The notes beneath the pieces are model-generated. The model was not told the origin of the DNA. It made no database searches and worked only from the letters and a program-made list of their open reading frames with translations. Positions 27,371 through 38,930 of a DNA stretch of 64,000 bases are shown here, piece after piece. Source of the stretch: Catajapyx aquilonaris (Eukaryota); assembly GCA_000934665.2 (NCBI GenBank), contig JYFJ02001079.1, positions 1 to 64,000 of the forward strand. The letters are read 5' to 3'. Position numbers and translations under genes: made by a program. The stretch's first letter is position 1; each line of letters begins with the position of its first letter.

Positions 27371-28499
27371 AAAACTAAAATTTTGAAGACACTTTAAAAT
27401 TAATATGACAAAAATAAAAAAATTAAAATGCAGATAAAATTAGTAAAAATCGCAGATTAAGTACTTTGGTCTTCACAATGATCAGACATTTTATCCTTCA
27501 TTTGTGTTCATATAACAATCTCGAACATGTTTACATACCCGAACGTTTCCTAATTTGCGTTCACGCATAATCAATTATAATTTCCATTAATTCCCGTTAA
27601 CCAAAGCTTAGAGCACCACTTAAGCTATCGGTTAACTCACCTAACTGAAGAAGTCTGGAAATAATCGATCCCTAGATGATCAATTACAAACTTTAATTTT
27701 CCCACTTCATCGGGGGGGTTGCTAGGGGCGGTAGAGGGTCGCGTTCGACTCCTACTAGTTTAAAAAGTTGCGACCCTATTAAATCAAGCCGCGACCTCGT
27801 GAATCAACGTCACCCTGGTAGGGTTTCTCGATGAAAATATTCCCCGAGGGCAGTCACCCAGGGTTTATACCCACGGGTTCCCCCCCTCTCACAAGAGGTC
27901 GCTTTATCTTAATTTACATCTCGCCTCCCCTAAACTCCCAAAGTGTAATTAAATCCTCCTTCTCTTCCCTACCTTGCAGATAAGGTTTCTCCCCAAGCAG
28001 GTAAAAGCTCATATCTCACCCAAGTTTGTGTCGAGGGGTTAAGAGACTATGGAGGGGGAGTTTAAAGGGTAAAGAAATGTTGCGGACAAGCATGAAATGC
28101 GAGTCAAGGGGCCAAGGTTAATATAATGAACGAGGGGTAAGAGGCCCCTAAGAGCCTTTGTCTGTCCTCCTCCCCCTCTAATGTGATCTTCCTAGACGTG
28201 ACCCGACACTGATGGCGTGGGACTCAAAATGGCCGTCAGAGAGGGTCGTTCGCGGAGTTAGCGGATGTAATTAGACTCGTTACCCATTACGAAGTGAAAC
28301 TGCGGCTTTGTTTGTTGTTTATGTCGTGTTGGAGGTAAGCAATAGGGCCAGCCAAAATTATTTTGTGAAAATTTCTTAAAAATTATTTTTGAACAATATA
28401 GTCTCACTTAGACTTCTCTAAGCGTAGAGTGTGGTTCGTTCATAATTATATTAGATATTTTAGCGGCTACTCGTGTGCATTTTTAGCCGCTAGTCGCAG

Positions 28500-28822
28500 A
28501 TTAGATAGGGTTAGGACCTAATCAATCTAACCATTACCTAACCGTTAACGTTAGGTTATGGTTAGGTAGAGGTCACCTATTCAGAGGTTACATTGGCGCC
28601 CAACGTGGGGCCAGAGTAGGCAACTTGCAGGCAGCCATACCGAGACAAAGGTAAAGGTTAGGTAGTGTAGGTAATGGTTAGGTAGGGTTAGGACCTAACC
28701 TTGCCTAGCCCTAACCTAACCCTTACCTAAACAACCTAACTTTAGGTTATAGTAGGGTTAAGTAAGGGTAGGTAAGGTAAGTTAAGGGTTAGGTAAGGGT
28801 TAGGTATGGTCAGGTTAAGTGA
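28500..28822. repeat. Degenerate TTAGG/CCTAA telomere-like tract in mixed orientation
   Basis: ggttagg and cctaacc blocks alternate. Confidence 0.82.
28575..28650 (+). mobile_element. LTR-retrotransposon fragment: LTR 3' end plus tRNA-Lys(CUU) primer-binding site
   Basis: ...GGTTACA (ends 28592), one T, then TGGCGCCCAACGTGGGGC (28594-28611), the 18-nt PBS complementary to the tRNA-Lys1,2 3' end. Outer limits approximate. Confidence 0.85.
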
Positions 28823-29896
28823 GATTAGCTACAAAATGCAAGCCTTTTGCAGTATCCATGATCGATTCTTGTTCTAGGCAGAGATTAAAATGATGTCCTA
28901 ACCATCTATACTTCCTCCATCAAACGGGAAGGAAGGGGGATGGAGGAGGGCCGTTAAAAAATTATGCGAAACGAGGCAGTTAGTATATAAAACCCTCTCA
29001 AGACAGGCCCACCCCTCGAAATGTCTTTATTTTACGTCTCCCTAAACAAGTGCCTACTACAGATTTCATATGTAAAGTCCGGGCAGTTACTTCCCCTTGG
29101 AGTTTTTAACGGCCCTTCTTTTTATGCGACAAACTCTCCTAGAACTAGTCATAGGCTAATAGTTTGTGATATCTCAAGATAGTTTCAGTTTTATTTGCAG
29201 TTGGGTGTGGGTGATGCTGGAGAGTCAAACTTGCTGATTCATAAGTTGGCTGGAAACTTGTGCGACGTATAATAATAATATGTTAAAAATGATTTTTAAA
29301 ATATTTTATTCATATTATTTGTTAAAATTTAAACGATTTGTCGAATGAAGTGTGAGTGTGTATGAGAGTGAAAGGGAACGAAAGAGTTGTGTGTGTGTGT
29401 GTATTTTATATTAGTGGCCATCTAAGAGCACTTCGATCCTGGAGAAACAGGCCATTCCCGAAGTTTCTCCGATAGTAATTCTAGTCGTGCTTGGTAGCCA
29501 GACTCCCCATTCCCTCGACCGTGATGCCACTGCAGACGTAGTTACACACTCGGATTGAATAAGGACCTAGGGAGTTGGCTAGCTGGGATGTTGGAGAGGG
29601 CGGGGGTGTCTTCAAGAAATGGTTGGTTGGTTGAAGAAGAAGTAGAAGAAGAAGCCACAGAAGAAGAAACGCGTCTCTTTTTTTGAGTAAAAATTGGAAC
29701 AGTCAATGATGACCTTTAAAGAGCAAGTTGCGCCGAAAATGGGGTAGTTCCAACCCTGAATTTTTTGCTACTAACTGTAGACTATTGTACATTGTACATT
29801 CATATAAAGTTCTTTAACATAATTATATAGTGCAACCTATCTATGTTGGACATTGCCGGTTCCATTTTAAGCAAGGGGTTGAGGACTCAACTGTAA

Positions 29897-30892
29897 AGTG
29901 TACACTGGAGTACCAAAATTCAAGGAGTACCAAGGAGTACCAAAGAGTAAGGTACCTAAGGAGTACCTGGGAGTACCAAAGAGTAAGGTACCTAAGGAGT
30001 ACCTGGGAGTACCAAAGAGTAAGGTACCTAAGGAGTACCTGGGAGTACCAAAGAGTAAGGTACCTAAGGAGTACCTGGGAGTACGAAAGAGTAAGGTACC
30101 TAAGGAGTACCTGGGAGTACGAAAGAGTAAGGTACCTAAGGAGTACCTGGGAGTACCAAAGAGTAAGGTACCTAAGGAGTACCTGGGAGTACCAAAGAGT
30201 AAGGTACCTAAGGAGTACCTGGGAGTACCAAAGAGTAAGGTACCTAAGGAGTACCTGGGAGTACCAAAGAGTAAGGTACCTAAGGAGTACCTGGGAGTAC
30301 CAAAGAGTAAGGTACCTAAGGAGTACCTGGGAGTACCAAAGAGTAAGGTACCTAAGGAGTACCTGGGAGTACCAAAGAGTAAGGTACCTAAGGAGTACCT
30401 GGGAGTACCAAAGAGTAAGGTACCTAAGGAGTACCTGGGAGTACCAAAGAGTAAGGTACCTAAGGAGTACCTGGGAGTACCAAAGAGTAAGGTACCTAAG
30501 GAGTACCTGGGAGTACCAAAGAGTAAGGTACCTAAGGAGTACCTGGGAGTACCAAAGAGTAAGGTACCTAAGGAGTACCTGGGAGTACCAAAGAGTAAGG
30601 TACCTAAGGAGTACCTGGGAGTACCACAGCAGATGTACACCGGAGTACCTGGGAGTACCAAAGAGTAAGGTACCTAAGGAGTACCTGGGAGTACCACTGC
30701 AGATGTACACCGGAGTACCTGGGAGTACCAAAGAGTAAGGTACCTAAGGAGTACCTGGGAGTACCACTGCAGATGTACACCGGAGTACCTGGGAGTACCA
30801 AAGAGTAAGGTACCTAAGGAGTACCTGGGAGTACCACTGCAGATGTACACCGGAGTACCTGGGAGTACCACTGCAAATGTACACCGGAGTAC
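29897..30892. repeat. Homogeneous 36-bp GTAC-rich minisatellite (~19 copies) followed by 70-bp higher-order units
   Basis: gagtaccaaagagtaaggtacctaaggagtacctgg; a 34-bp variant (actgcagatgtacaccggagtacctgggagtacc) starts at 30626, 30696, 30766, 30836. The 250-300 aa ORFs here are repeat translations. Confidence 0.98.
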
Positions 30893-32373
30893 CGAAGTGG
30901 TTAACCCCTTGATTTTAAGTGTCCAACATAGGGAGGTGTCCAACATATTAAGGTGTCTAACTTGACAAGTTTTACTGAACGTTATATAACATATTAAATT
31001 AACTGCTTAGACTCTATGTATTTCATGCACCTGTTGGGACGCCTGTTACAAACACACACAAATAATAACAAGAGTGAAATGGTATGCAAATGTTGGGTCC
31101 ATTCATGTCTGTTGATTTGATTTGGGTTGGGGGGTGAGCTGAGCATAGAAAGTGCTGGATTGGACATGGGTGCATTCAGTTGTTTGTTGTAGTCAAGCAT
31201 TGTCCTCAACCTGAGCAGAATATATGGGGTGGTACAAGGATTGAATCATTTACGGGGCGATTGCATGGTAAACGTTTGCACCAAAAAGCAAGACCTATTG
31301 TACACAACAAGCACTGGACCAATCACAGGGGTGCACCCGGTCCAAAATTATGTGCATTGCTCGAATTAAAATCGATCGGGCTCTCAATATAATAATTCTG
31401 ATTTTACCCATTGTGTAATTAGGTGGGAGCAAAGAGGGAGTAATCACATCAATTAACACCGCAAACGGTTTCATCAGCAGCTCGCTTTTCATGTAGGATG
31501 GGGCCATGGCGGTTGGGGGAAATGTGATCAGACCCTCCATCCAATTGGTCCATCAGAGGTTTTTTCCAAAATTGACAGACACGGGTCTGGGTTGTCGACC
31601 CCAGCTACCTGGTAGGCTTATATTTTTTTTAAACTGATTGATGATCGTTTGGAAATACATTTTTAGGCCTATGACAAGCCACTTCTTGCAGAAGTAACTC
31701 CAGACTCTAGTTGAATCATCTATTAAACGTAATATGACACCAGTACTTGCGCAATATTCATAAACTACTTCCCATTTTCTCACAAAAAAAATCATTCCAC
31801 TCCACACCCAAAGTCCAACGCTCCAAATATGTAAAGTGACACCTTTCGCGATATTAATAAATATGCTAACCAACCAGAATGAAGCTTAATGTTCTTCCCT
31901 CCCCCCCTCTTCTCCCCACCCACACCCATCCTCCCTTCTTTAGCCCAGTTCCAAAATTTATCACGTCAATAAAAGAGCTTCGCCCAAAATTATCCAAGTT
32001 AGTTTCGAGCAAGTAGGAAGAATTCGTAATGAGTCCATTAGTGTGAGTCTTGCGCCAAGCAAAAAAAAATAAAGGAAATTTAAAGGTTCTCCCCACTTCC
32101 CTCACTCCCACCCCCAGCTTTTCCCCCCCTTACAAAAACTTCTTTTATTCTAGAAATCGAGGAGAGAAAACCCAAGAGTTCCGCTTGCGGTGAGACTTGC
32201 AGATGATGATGAAGAAGAAGGCGACGGGAGGTAAAATCTGCGAAAATTTTCCTCCCCCCCCCTACCTTCCTCCCATTGCGCCACCCCCTACCGTGCCATT
32301 TTTTTTCCTATTTCGGTTCAACGATATTCGAATTATTCTCGAAACGGAATACCGACTGAGAATGACACCTTAC

Positions 32374-32406
32374 CTTGCTGGTACTGCTGTTTCTGCGTGC
32401 TGAGAC
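32374..32406 (-). other. Candidate 33-nt spliced microexon of an unidentified minus-strand gene
   Basis: Minus strand: ...gttaataactatacttttcttctactttcag|GTCTCAGCACGCAGAAACAGCAGTACCAGCAAG|gtaagg. Strong polypyrimidine acceptor, AAG|GTAAG donor, length 3n, no stop in any frame. Confidence 0.65.
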
Positions 32407-32653
32407 CTGAAAGTAGAAGAAAAGTATAGTTATTAACTTTTTAGCACAAAATTTTTGCAAGTGTCAAAAACTTATATGAAATTACTGCGCTGGAAAATAT
32501 TCAAGGACTTTTCTATGACAGAAAGTTAGACAACTAATGTTGATTATGTAAAGGTAATTACAATGCAAAATTATCGGAGATTTAGGCTGACCATGGTGGG
32601 TCAAATAAATCAGATAAATAAATCAAATAAATATATAAATAAATAAATCTCTA

Positions 32654-32860
32654 CAGGGTGGTCCAAGTTCAAGTATCGTTTTATAACGGCGATTAATAGA
32701 AGCGCTTAACGATGAAGTAGCAGCGACGCGTAAAATGTCCCACTTCGGCGCATCTTCGGCGCAATCGAAGTGGGACATTTTACGCGTCGCTGCTACGTCA
32801 TCGCAAAATCACTGCTATTAATCGCCGTTATAAAACGACACTTGAACTTGGACCATCCTG
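32654..32860. mobile_element. Palindromic Tc1/mariner-type MITE (207 bp)
   Basis: TA|CAGGGTGGTCCAAGTTCAAGT...ACTTGAACTTGGACCATCCTG|TA; arms are reverse complements almost to the centre. Confidence 0.92.
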
Positions 32861-34249
32861 TATATACGTATATAAGGCAAAGTTTGCTGGTTTGTCCAGT
32901 CATGGCATCAATAAGCAATGATTGATTGTTGTTAATTACATTAAGATGGAAACAGGCTGTGTGAAGAACGGGCTCAGCTGCTATTAAATAAATAAATAAA
33001 TAAATAATACATACAGGGAAAGTTTGTTTGTTTATCCATGGCAAAGGGTTACCATGGCAGGAATAATCAAACATTGGAAACAGGCATACGAAGAACGGTC
33101 TCCGCTGCGAGTAAAAATAATAAATAAATAAATAATGACTGAATTAATTAATTAATTAAAGGATGCTTAACCATCCTGTTGGACTTCGGCACTATCATTA
33201 GTGACCTTGTATAGTCAAAGATTTACGAGAAATTCGGCTCAATTTTTTAAATTAACTGTTCAATTAATCGACGATTTGCTTCTTAATTGTAGCTAATAAA
33301 CAGGCTATTATTAACTTTACAAAATCGGGGTTTTTTCAAATTTTATTTCATTATGCCTGTCCTTAATGGTAGTTTCATCAACAGAAATTGGTACCAACTG
33401 CGTGCGTAATCGAAGATTTTTCCTTAATTGGAGTCTGCAAAACCGGACTTATCAGAAATTGTATGGAAGATCGAAAATTTTTCAATTTATTTTTTATCCA
33501 GTCCAATTGTATCATGAAATGAAATTAATTAATATTATATCTTGCGTAATCATATATTCTAAATATATAATTTCGTTGATGGAACGGGTTCTAAGTAAAT
33601 GAAAAATTATTGTTCATGTATTATGAACACATTTTGCAGCTTTTTGATCCACCTTTTACCTAAATCAAATCCGATTTTTTTCTTCTTCTTAAAACCCCCT
33701 TTAAAAATTGGGGGTATATCGAGCACAAAGGGCGTATATCTAGGCGTATCTGGAATGTAAGTAAATGCCATGTTGTGAGGGTTGATTAGAGAGCGGAGCG
33801 CATGCAATTTGGCGTTCAATTTTGAACCCACGTCTTGGGCCTCTCTCAAAGGCCTGGGCCTCTCTCAGAGAGAGGTTGAAGAACTTGGATTAAAAGTTGG
33901 CCAACAGTTAGAGTGATGGCAACGCCTCTCTTTTGGAGAGAGGGGTATAAGGGGGGCGACTACCCTCCCCTACCCCCCTCCAAAACCTTCCTTTTTCCCT
34001 TTGGTTCGGAGATTAATTGAAAGTTGGTTCAATCAACCCCCCCCCCCTCCTTCCACCTCTTCCTACTTGCCTTTTTGGAAAGTCGACAAAATGGCCGCAA
34101 CTTTACAATTAAACGCTAACTTTCAATTGGAGGTCAATTACGCGCAAAATGGACGAATAAAAGGAAGATATTTAGAGATTTTTCAGAAAGTATAGTGTAA
34201 TCAATGTGTTGGAAAAGTGTAACCTAATTTTACGGTTGCAATGTTTTGG

Positions 34250-35050
34250 TGTTAGATATATCGATATGTGTTTTATGTGTTCGATAAATGTTCGATAGTC
34301 GATACATGTTCCGCACATGCTCTGCATTTGATGGTCGAAATATACACAATATTTGATAAAATATTTATCCATATGTTTCGATACATTCGTAATAGATAGG
34401 TATTTCCCAATACATACATAATCGATATTATTTTATCCGATAAATTTATAATCGATATTTATATGGTAAATTTATAATCGATACTTGTACGATAAATTTA
34501 TAATCGATACTTGTACGATAAATTTATAATCGATACTTGTACGATAAATTTATAATCGATACTTGTACGATAAATTTATAATCGATACTTGTACGATAAA
34601 TTTAATATCGATATTTATCTGATACAATTAATATCGATATTTATCTGATACAATTAATATCGATATTTATCTGATACAATTAATATCGATATTTATCTGA
34701 TACAATTAATATCGATATTTATCTGATACAATTAATATCGATATTTATCTGATACAATTTTAATCTATATTAAATATCGATCCTAAATTGTATCAGATAA
34801 ATGTCGATAACAAATTGTGCCAGATAAATTATTAAATTAATAGAAAAATATCGGTTAATATGGTATCAGATAAATTTTAGCTGATGCCATAATTATATTA
34901 ACCGATATTTTTCTAATATTTTAATAATCGATATTTTATATTTCGATATTTATCTGGTACCATTTATAATAATCCATGTAAATTCTATATGTTCGATATT
35001 GAACATTTTCTGCAGGCTCTTCGATATGTGCTATTACATTTTCAATACAT
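34250..35050. repeat. ATCGAT array with two successive 26-bp units and inverted copies
   Basis: taatcgatacttgtacgataaattta (~34475-34603), then aatatcgatatttatctgatacaatt (~34604-34760), then reverse-complement aattgtatcagataaat from ~34786. Confidence 0.93.
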
Positions 35051-35994
35051 TTGGTATTTGATATTAATAAAGTATATGGATGCTGGGCATGCGCAGTAGG
35101 GTCGAGTTGAAGGTGCTGGCGTAACCAGGACACGGTTGGAAATAAGTGCTGCTTATCTCGTTCTATCACTCAAAATTTTCGCAAAATAATTCTGGACCTG
35201 ATCCGACGCGTAGGTCCCTCCTCCACTTCATCTCTCAAGAAAGGCACCCACTTCACCCTTTTTACCCAGAAATGACACCTAATCGATCCCGAATCTGGAT
35301 CGATCATTGACGCCTCATTGGATATTCTCCAATTTTGTTAAAAAAAGACCGATTATTTCCCCGCCTGATCAAGCGTAAAACTGGATTTTGACAGGTCGAA
35401 TTAAGACTAAACGTTGCGTAACTTACATTTATTCAAAATGTTACAACTATATTTTTTTTCCTGCCAAAAATTATGCTAGAAGTTGGGTTGAAACTTGTGG
35501 TTTAACCTTTATAAAGGTAAGGTAAGGCTTCCCCTTTTCATTCAAATCGACCGTTTATTACATTATGGAACACATGCAAGGAACGGCATCTAGAAGCAGG
35601 CATTTGCAATTCCTGTGCGCCGGTACGTCGGTACCGCCCCAGGAAGTTTACAGAATCTTGACATTTCTATAAGGCCTTCCCCTTGGAATGAGGCGTACTT
35701 AGTCAAGCAATGTTTTTGGGGGAGGCAAATTTTTTTTTCGGGAGTTATAATTCGTAAGGGAAAATCTGGATTTGCATAATTCGGCGTAGGTGTTTTGGCA
35801 ATAGAGTGGGCCAATCTGATAAGAGCTGACGTCAATCTTGGGGACTGAACTTTAATGAAAATCAAAATTTGCATATTACAGTACTTACTGTATGTCAAGT
35901 AAATTTTTGAACATATTTTGGCAATATGAAACAATCAGCACTCTAGCAAGGTACTGTCTATACAAACACGAATTTGTGAGGTGTAAACTTGAGG

Positions 35995-36450
35995 CAAAAA
36001 TTTGCAAAAATTCGTGAATTTTTTTGGAAAATGACTAGAAATGGCCAAAACTACAAAAGTTAACAATTAATAGAATTTTTACAGATATATTAGGGAAAAT
36101 AGTCGCCATGAAATCTCATTTTAGCAATATTTTCAGATATTAAAATGTGAGAAATATTTTGGCAAATGAGCAGAGAAATTGCCAAAATAAATTTCAATCG
36201 TGAAATATTAAGAAATTTTTGTAAGAGAATCCATCCCTAATTTTCGCAATATCTTCAAATTTTGGAAAGTATGCAAAATTATTCAGAAAAATGGCTAGAA
36301 ATTGACAAAACTTCAAAAGTTAAAGATTGAGAAAATTTTTGTAATAACATTGGGGAAAATATTTGTCATAAAATTATTTTCGCAATATTATCTGATATTT
36401 AAAAAATGTGCACAATATTTTGGAAAATGTCAAGAAATCGCCCAAATTTC
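35995..36450. repeat. Diverged ~260-bp tandem duplication
   Basis: gaaaatgactagaaatggccaaaactacaaaagttaa (~36027) versus gaaaaatggctagaaattgacaaaacttcaaaagttaa (~36286), with collinear downstream similarity. Confidence 0.75.
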
Positions 36451-36520
36451 AGCCAAAATTTTCCCGAATATTTTCACATAATATGTGAAAATATTGTGGA
36501 AAACTTTGGCTGAAATTTGG
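36442..36520. repeat. Palindrome, 39-bp arms, 1-nt spacer, 3 mismatches
   Basis: ccaaatttcagccaaaattttcccgaatattttcacata A tatgtgaaaatattgtggaaaactttggctgaaatttgg. Confidence 0.93.
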
Positions 36521-37374
36521 CAAATTTGCTAATATTATTAGCAAATTTGCAAAAAATGTAAGAGTGTCACATATTTAGCGAGAGTTTGACGCAACAGTCT
36601 CACATCATCCCTCTTTTAGATTTGAATAGTGCAAATTTGTCGCCATTTTGTATCCAAACTCCATCGTTGCATAAAACCCTAGATTTCTGCACACTTGCGA
36701 CTGTCAAATTTGGATACATTTTTCGACCCATAAAACTTGACAATACAACCTCCTTAGCACGGAAGACGGTTCTTACTAATTCAACCCGTCTTGGAAAGTG
36801 TGTTTCGCAACACAGAAATCAGTCTCTCTCAGACTTCGCTCCGTTATTTGCACACAAAGTCAGACCCAAAATCAGATCCTCAGAGGAACTTGCACTTTGG
36901 AATCCGGAATATGCTTTATTAATGCTGTATTCAGAGAGGGAATGGCAAGATGGAGGAGGTGGGGTGGGGGGGAGGTGGAGACCAAAAGATGAAACTTTCT
37001 AGGATGTGAGGGTGGTGAAAGGGAAGAGGCTTCGGCGCCAGGGATGTGTTTCGGCTTGAGTTGTGGTGCGAAACTGCTTGTTTCATCCGCAGACGTTTCA
37101 GCAACAATGGACTTGGAGGGGGAAAAGGGGCAGGGTTGGCTACACACCCATGGATACGGAGACTGAACATACGTGCGATTAACGTATCTCGCAAACTTAG
37201 GACACTTCTCTTCCTTTCAGCCTGTTCGCGTCATTAAAGTAACTAATATTGGTAGCTCATACTTTAATTGTTGGCTAAGGTGCTTATTTTGACACTGGTC
37301 CTTCTGAAAAGTATTGGCTGATATTTGGATGAAATGTATGCGCAAGTTAATGTTAATAGCTAATTTATTAATTA

Positions 37375-37679
37375 CTAGCTGCGGCACCCGGTGTCGCCCG
37401 GGAAGAAATGAATGAAGGGAAAACACCTGCCAGTAGCCCCGTCAACTGTCTGTCTTCATGTATGTCCGCCCACCAATACCATCTGTGGTCCTGCTACTCC
37501 AGCACCTTCAACCTCTCCCGCCTGTATCACGGCAACCGTCATTTGCCTGCCATCTGTAGTCAACCCCCAACACCTCCATCCTCTCCCGGCCTGGGGGTGG
37601 AGCACAGATGACAGGCAAATGCCGGTTGGCAGGCGGACAGACAGACAGACAGACTCACAAACGGCTTTATTTATATAGA
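37375..37679 (-). mobile_element. Non-autonomous Helitron (305 bp), copy 1
   Basis: Minus strand A|TCTATATAAATAAAG, (CTGT)n near the 5' end, 3' GC hairpin CCCGGGCGACACCGGG then GCTAG|T; inserted between A and T with no TSD. Confidence 0.9.
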
Positions 37680-38399
37680 TTACATTTGACATTAATATTA
37701 ATTGCTTAATTAATGAAAACTGTACAAGTAATAATATTGTTTAGCCAGTTTGGGACAAAAAAAATGGCACTGTACAGTGTACAGTCTGTGTATCGATGTT
37801 GGTAACATACAATTTGAACATAATTATTGGCAACAATGCGAGAATAGATAACGTCCAAAAGTCCATCGCTGCTAATCCCTTTCATGGATGCCATAAATTC
37901 CGTTATAATAATTACATTAAAATGAGTTAGCCAGGCAGCTGAAGCCCACTCGGCGTGAGATTAACAACAGTAAACAACAAACCAACGTCCCACAGACGAT
38001 GCCATCCAGTCATGTGCATAGGCCGATATTAATATTGCGGTTTTATTGTTACGTAATATTAAATATTCCAGTATTTTACAGCACTCAGATTGGGTGTACT
38101 TTTTGGCGGTTTATGGGTAAACAGCAGCATGTATGTTGCAATATGCGGTGTGGGTCATTCAAATTAAAATGTGGGTGTAGTAATCTCTTTTAAGCTGGTT
38201 ATATTGCCCGGGATGTATTTCGTTAATGAGAGTGTCCGGTAATGCTGAATGATGTTAGGATTTTCCATGTTACAAAATAGATGTAGCGATAATATCGAAT
38301 GGCATGCAATGCCGTATATCTAAAGCTTAAATACATCTTTGCTTATGCACCATATAGTGCCCTGTGTGTATTTGTATTGATGATGCAATGAGTATCGCT

Positions 38400-38930
38400 T
38401 CGTCGACAAAAGTATAGTCTAGGTAATAATCTAAATAACTACCTATATCGACAAGTATCGTCTTCTGCAAGTATCGAAAAAGTATCGTCCACTATAAGTA
38501 TCGAAAAAATATCATTTGACAAAATTATATCGTTTTTTGTAACTATGGAAAAGTATCATTTGACAAATATCACCTCGGTAATAATCGATATAAATACAGC
38601 CTATATCGACATGTATGATCTTTTGTATCTATTGAAACGTAGAGTTTTTTGTTAGTATCGAAAGAGTATCATTCGACAAGTATCGTCTTTTGTTAGTATC
38701 GAAAGAGTATCATTCGACAAGTATCGTCTTTTGTTAGTATCGAAAGAGTATCATTCGACAAGTATCGCCTTTTGTTAGTATCGAAAGAGTATCATTCGAC
38801 AAGTATCGTCTTTTGTTAGTATCGAAAGAGTATCATTCGACAAGTATCGTCTTTTGTTAGTATCGAAAGCGTATCATTCGACAAGTATCGTCTTTTGTAA
38901 GTATCAAAATCGACTGGTATCGATCTCGAT
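38400..38930. repeat. 41-bp GTATCG/TCGA minisatellite (~6 copies) with degenerate left flank
   Basis: ttttgttagtatcgaaagagtatcattcgacaagtatcgtc at ~38647-38905. Confidence 0.95.

Noticed and set aside
29930..30890. CRISPR-like 36-bp repeat
   Set aside because: Units are directly adjacent with no unique spacers, there are no cas genes, and the context is eukaryotic.
29830..30946. Overlapping 250-300 aa ORFs on both strands
   Set aside because: Translations of a 36-bp tandem repeat that is stop-free in several frames; no coding signature.
4259..35525. Isolated strong splice donors (+: ~4261, ~23538, ~28335, ~35517; -: ~33958)
   Set aside because: No convincing paired acceptor and open exon; expected by chance in 64 kb.
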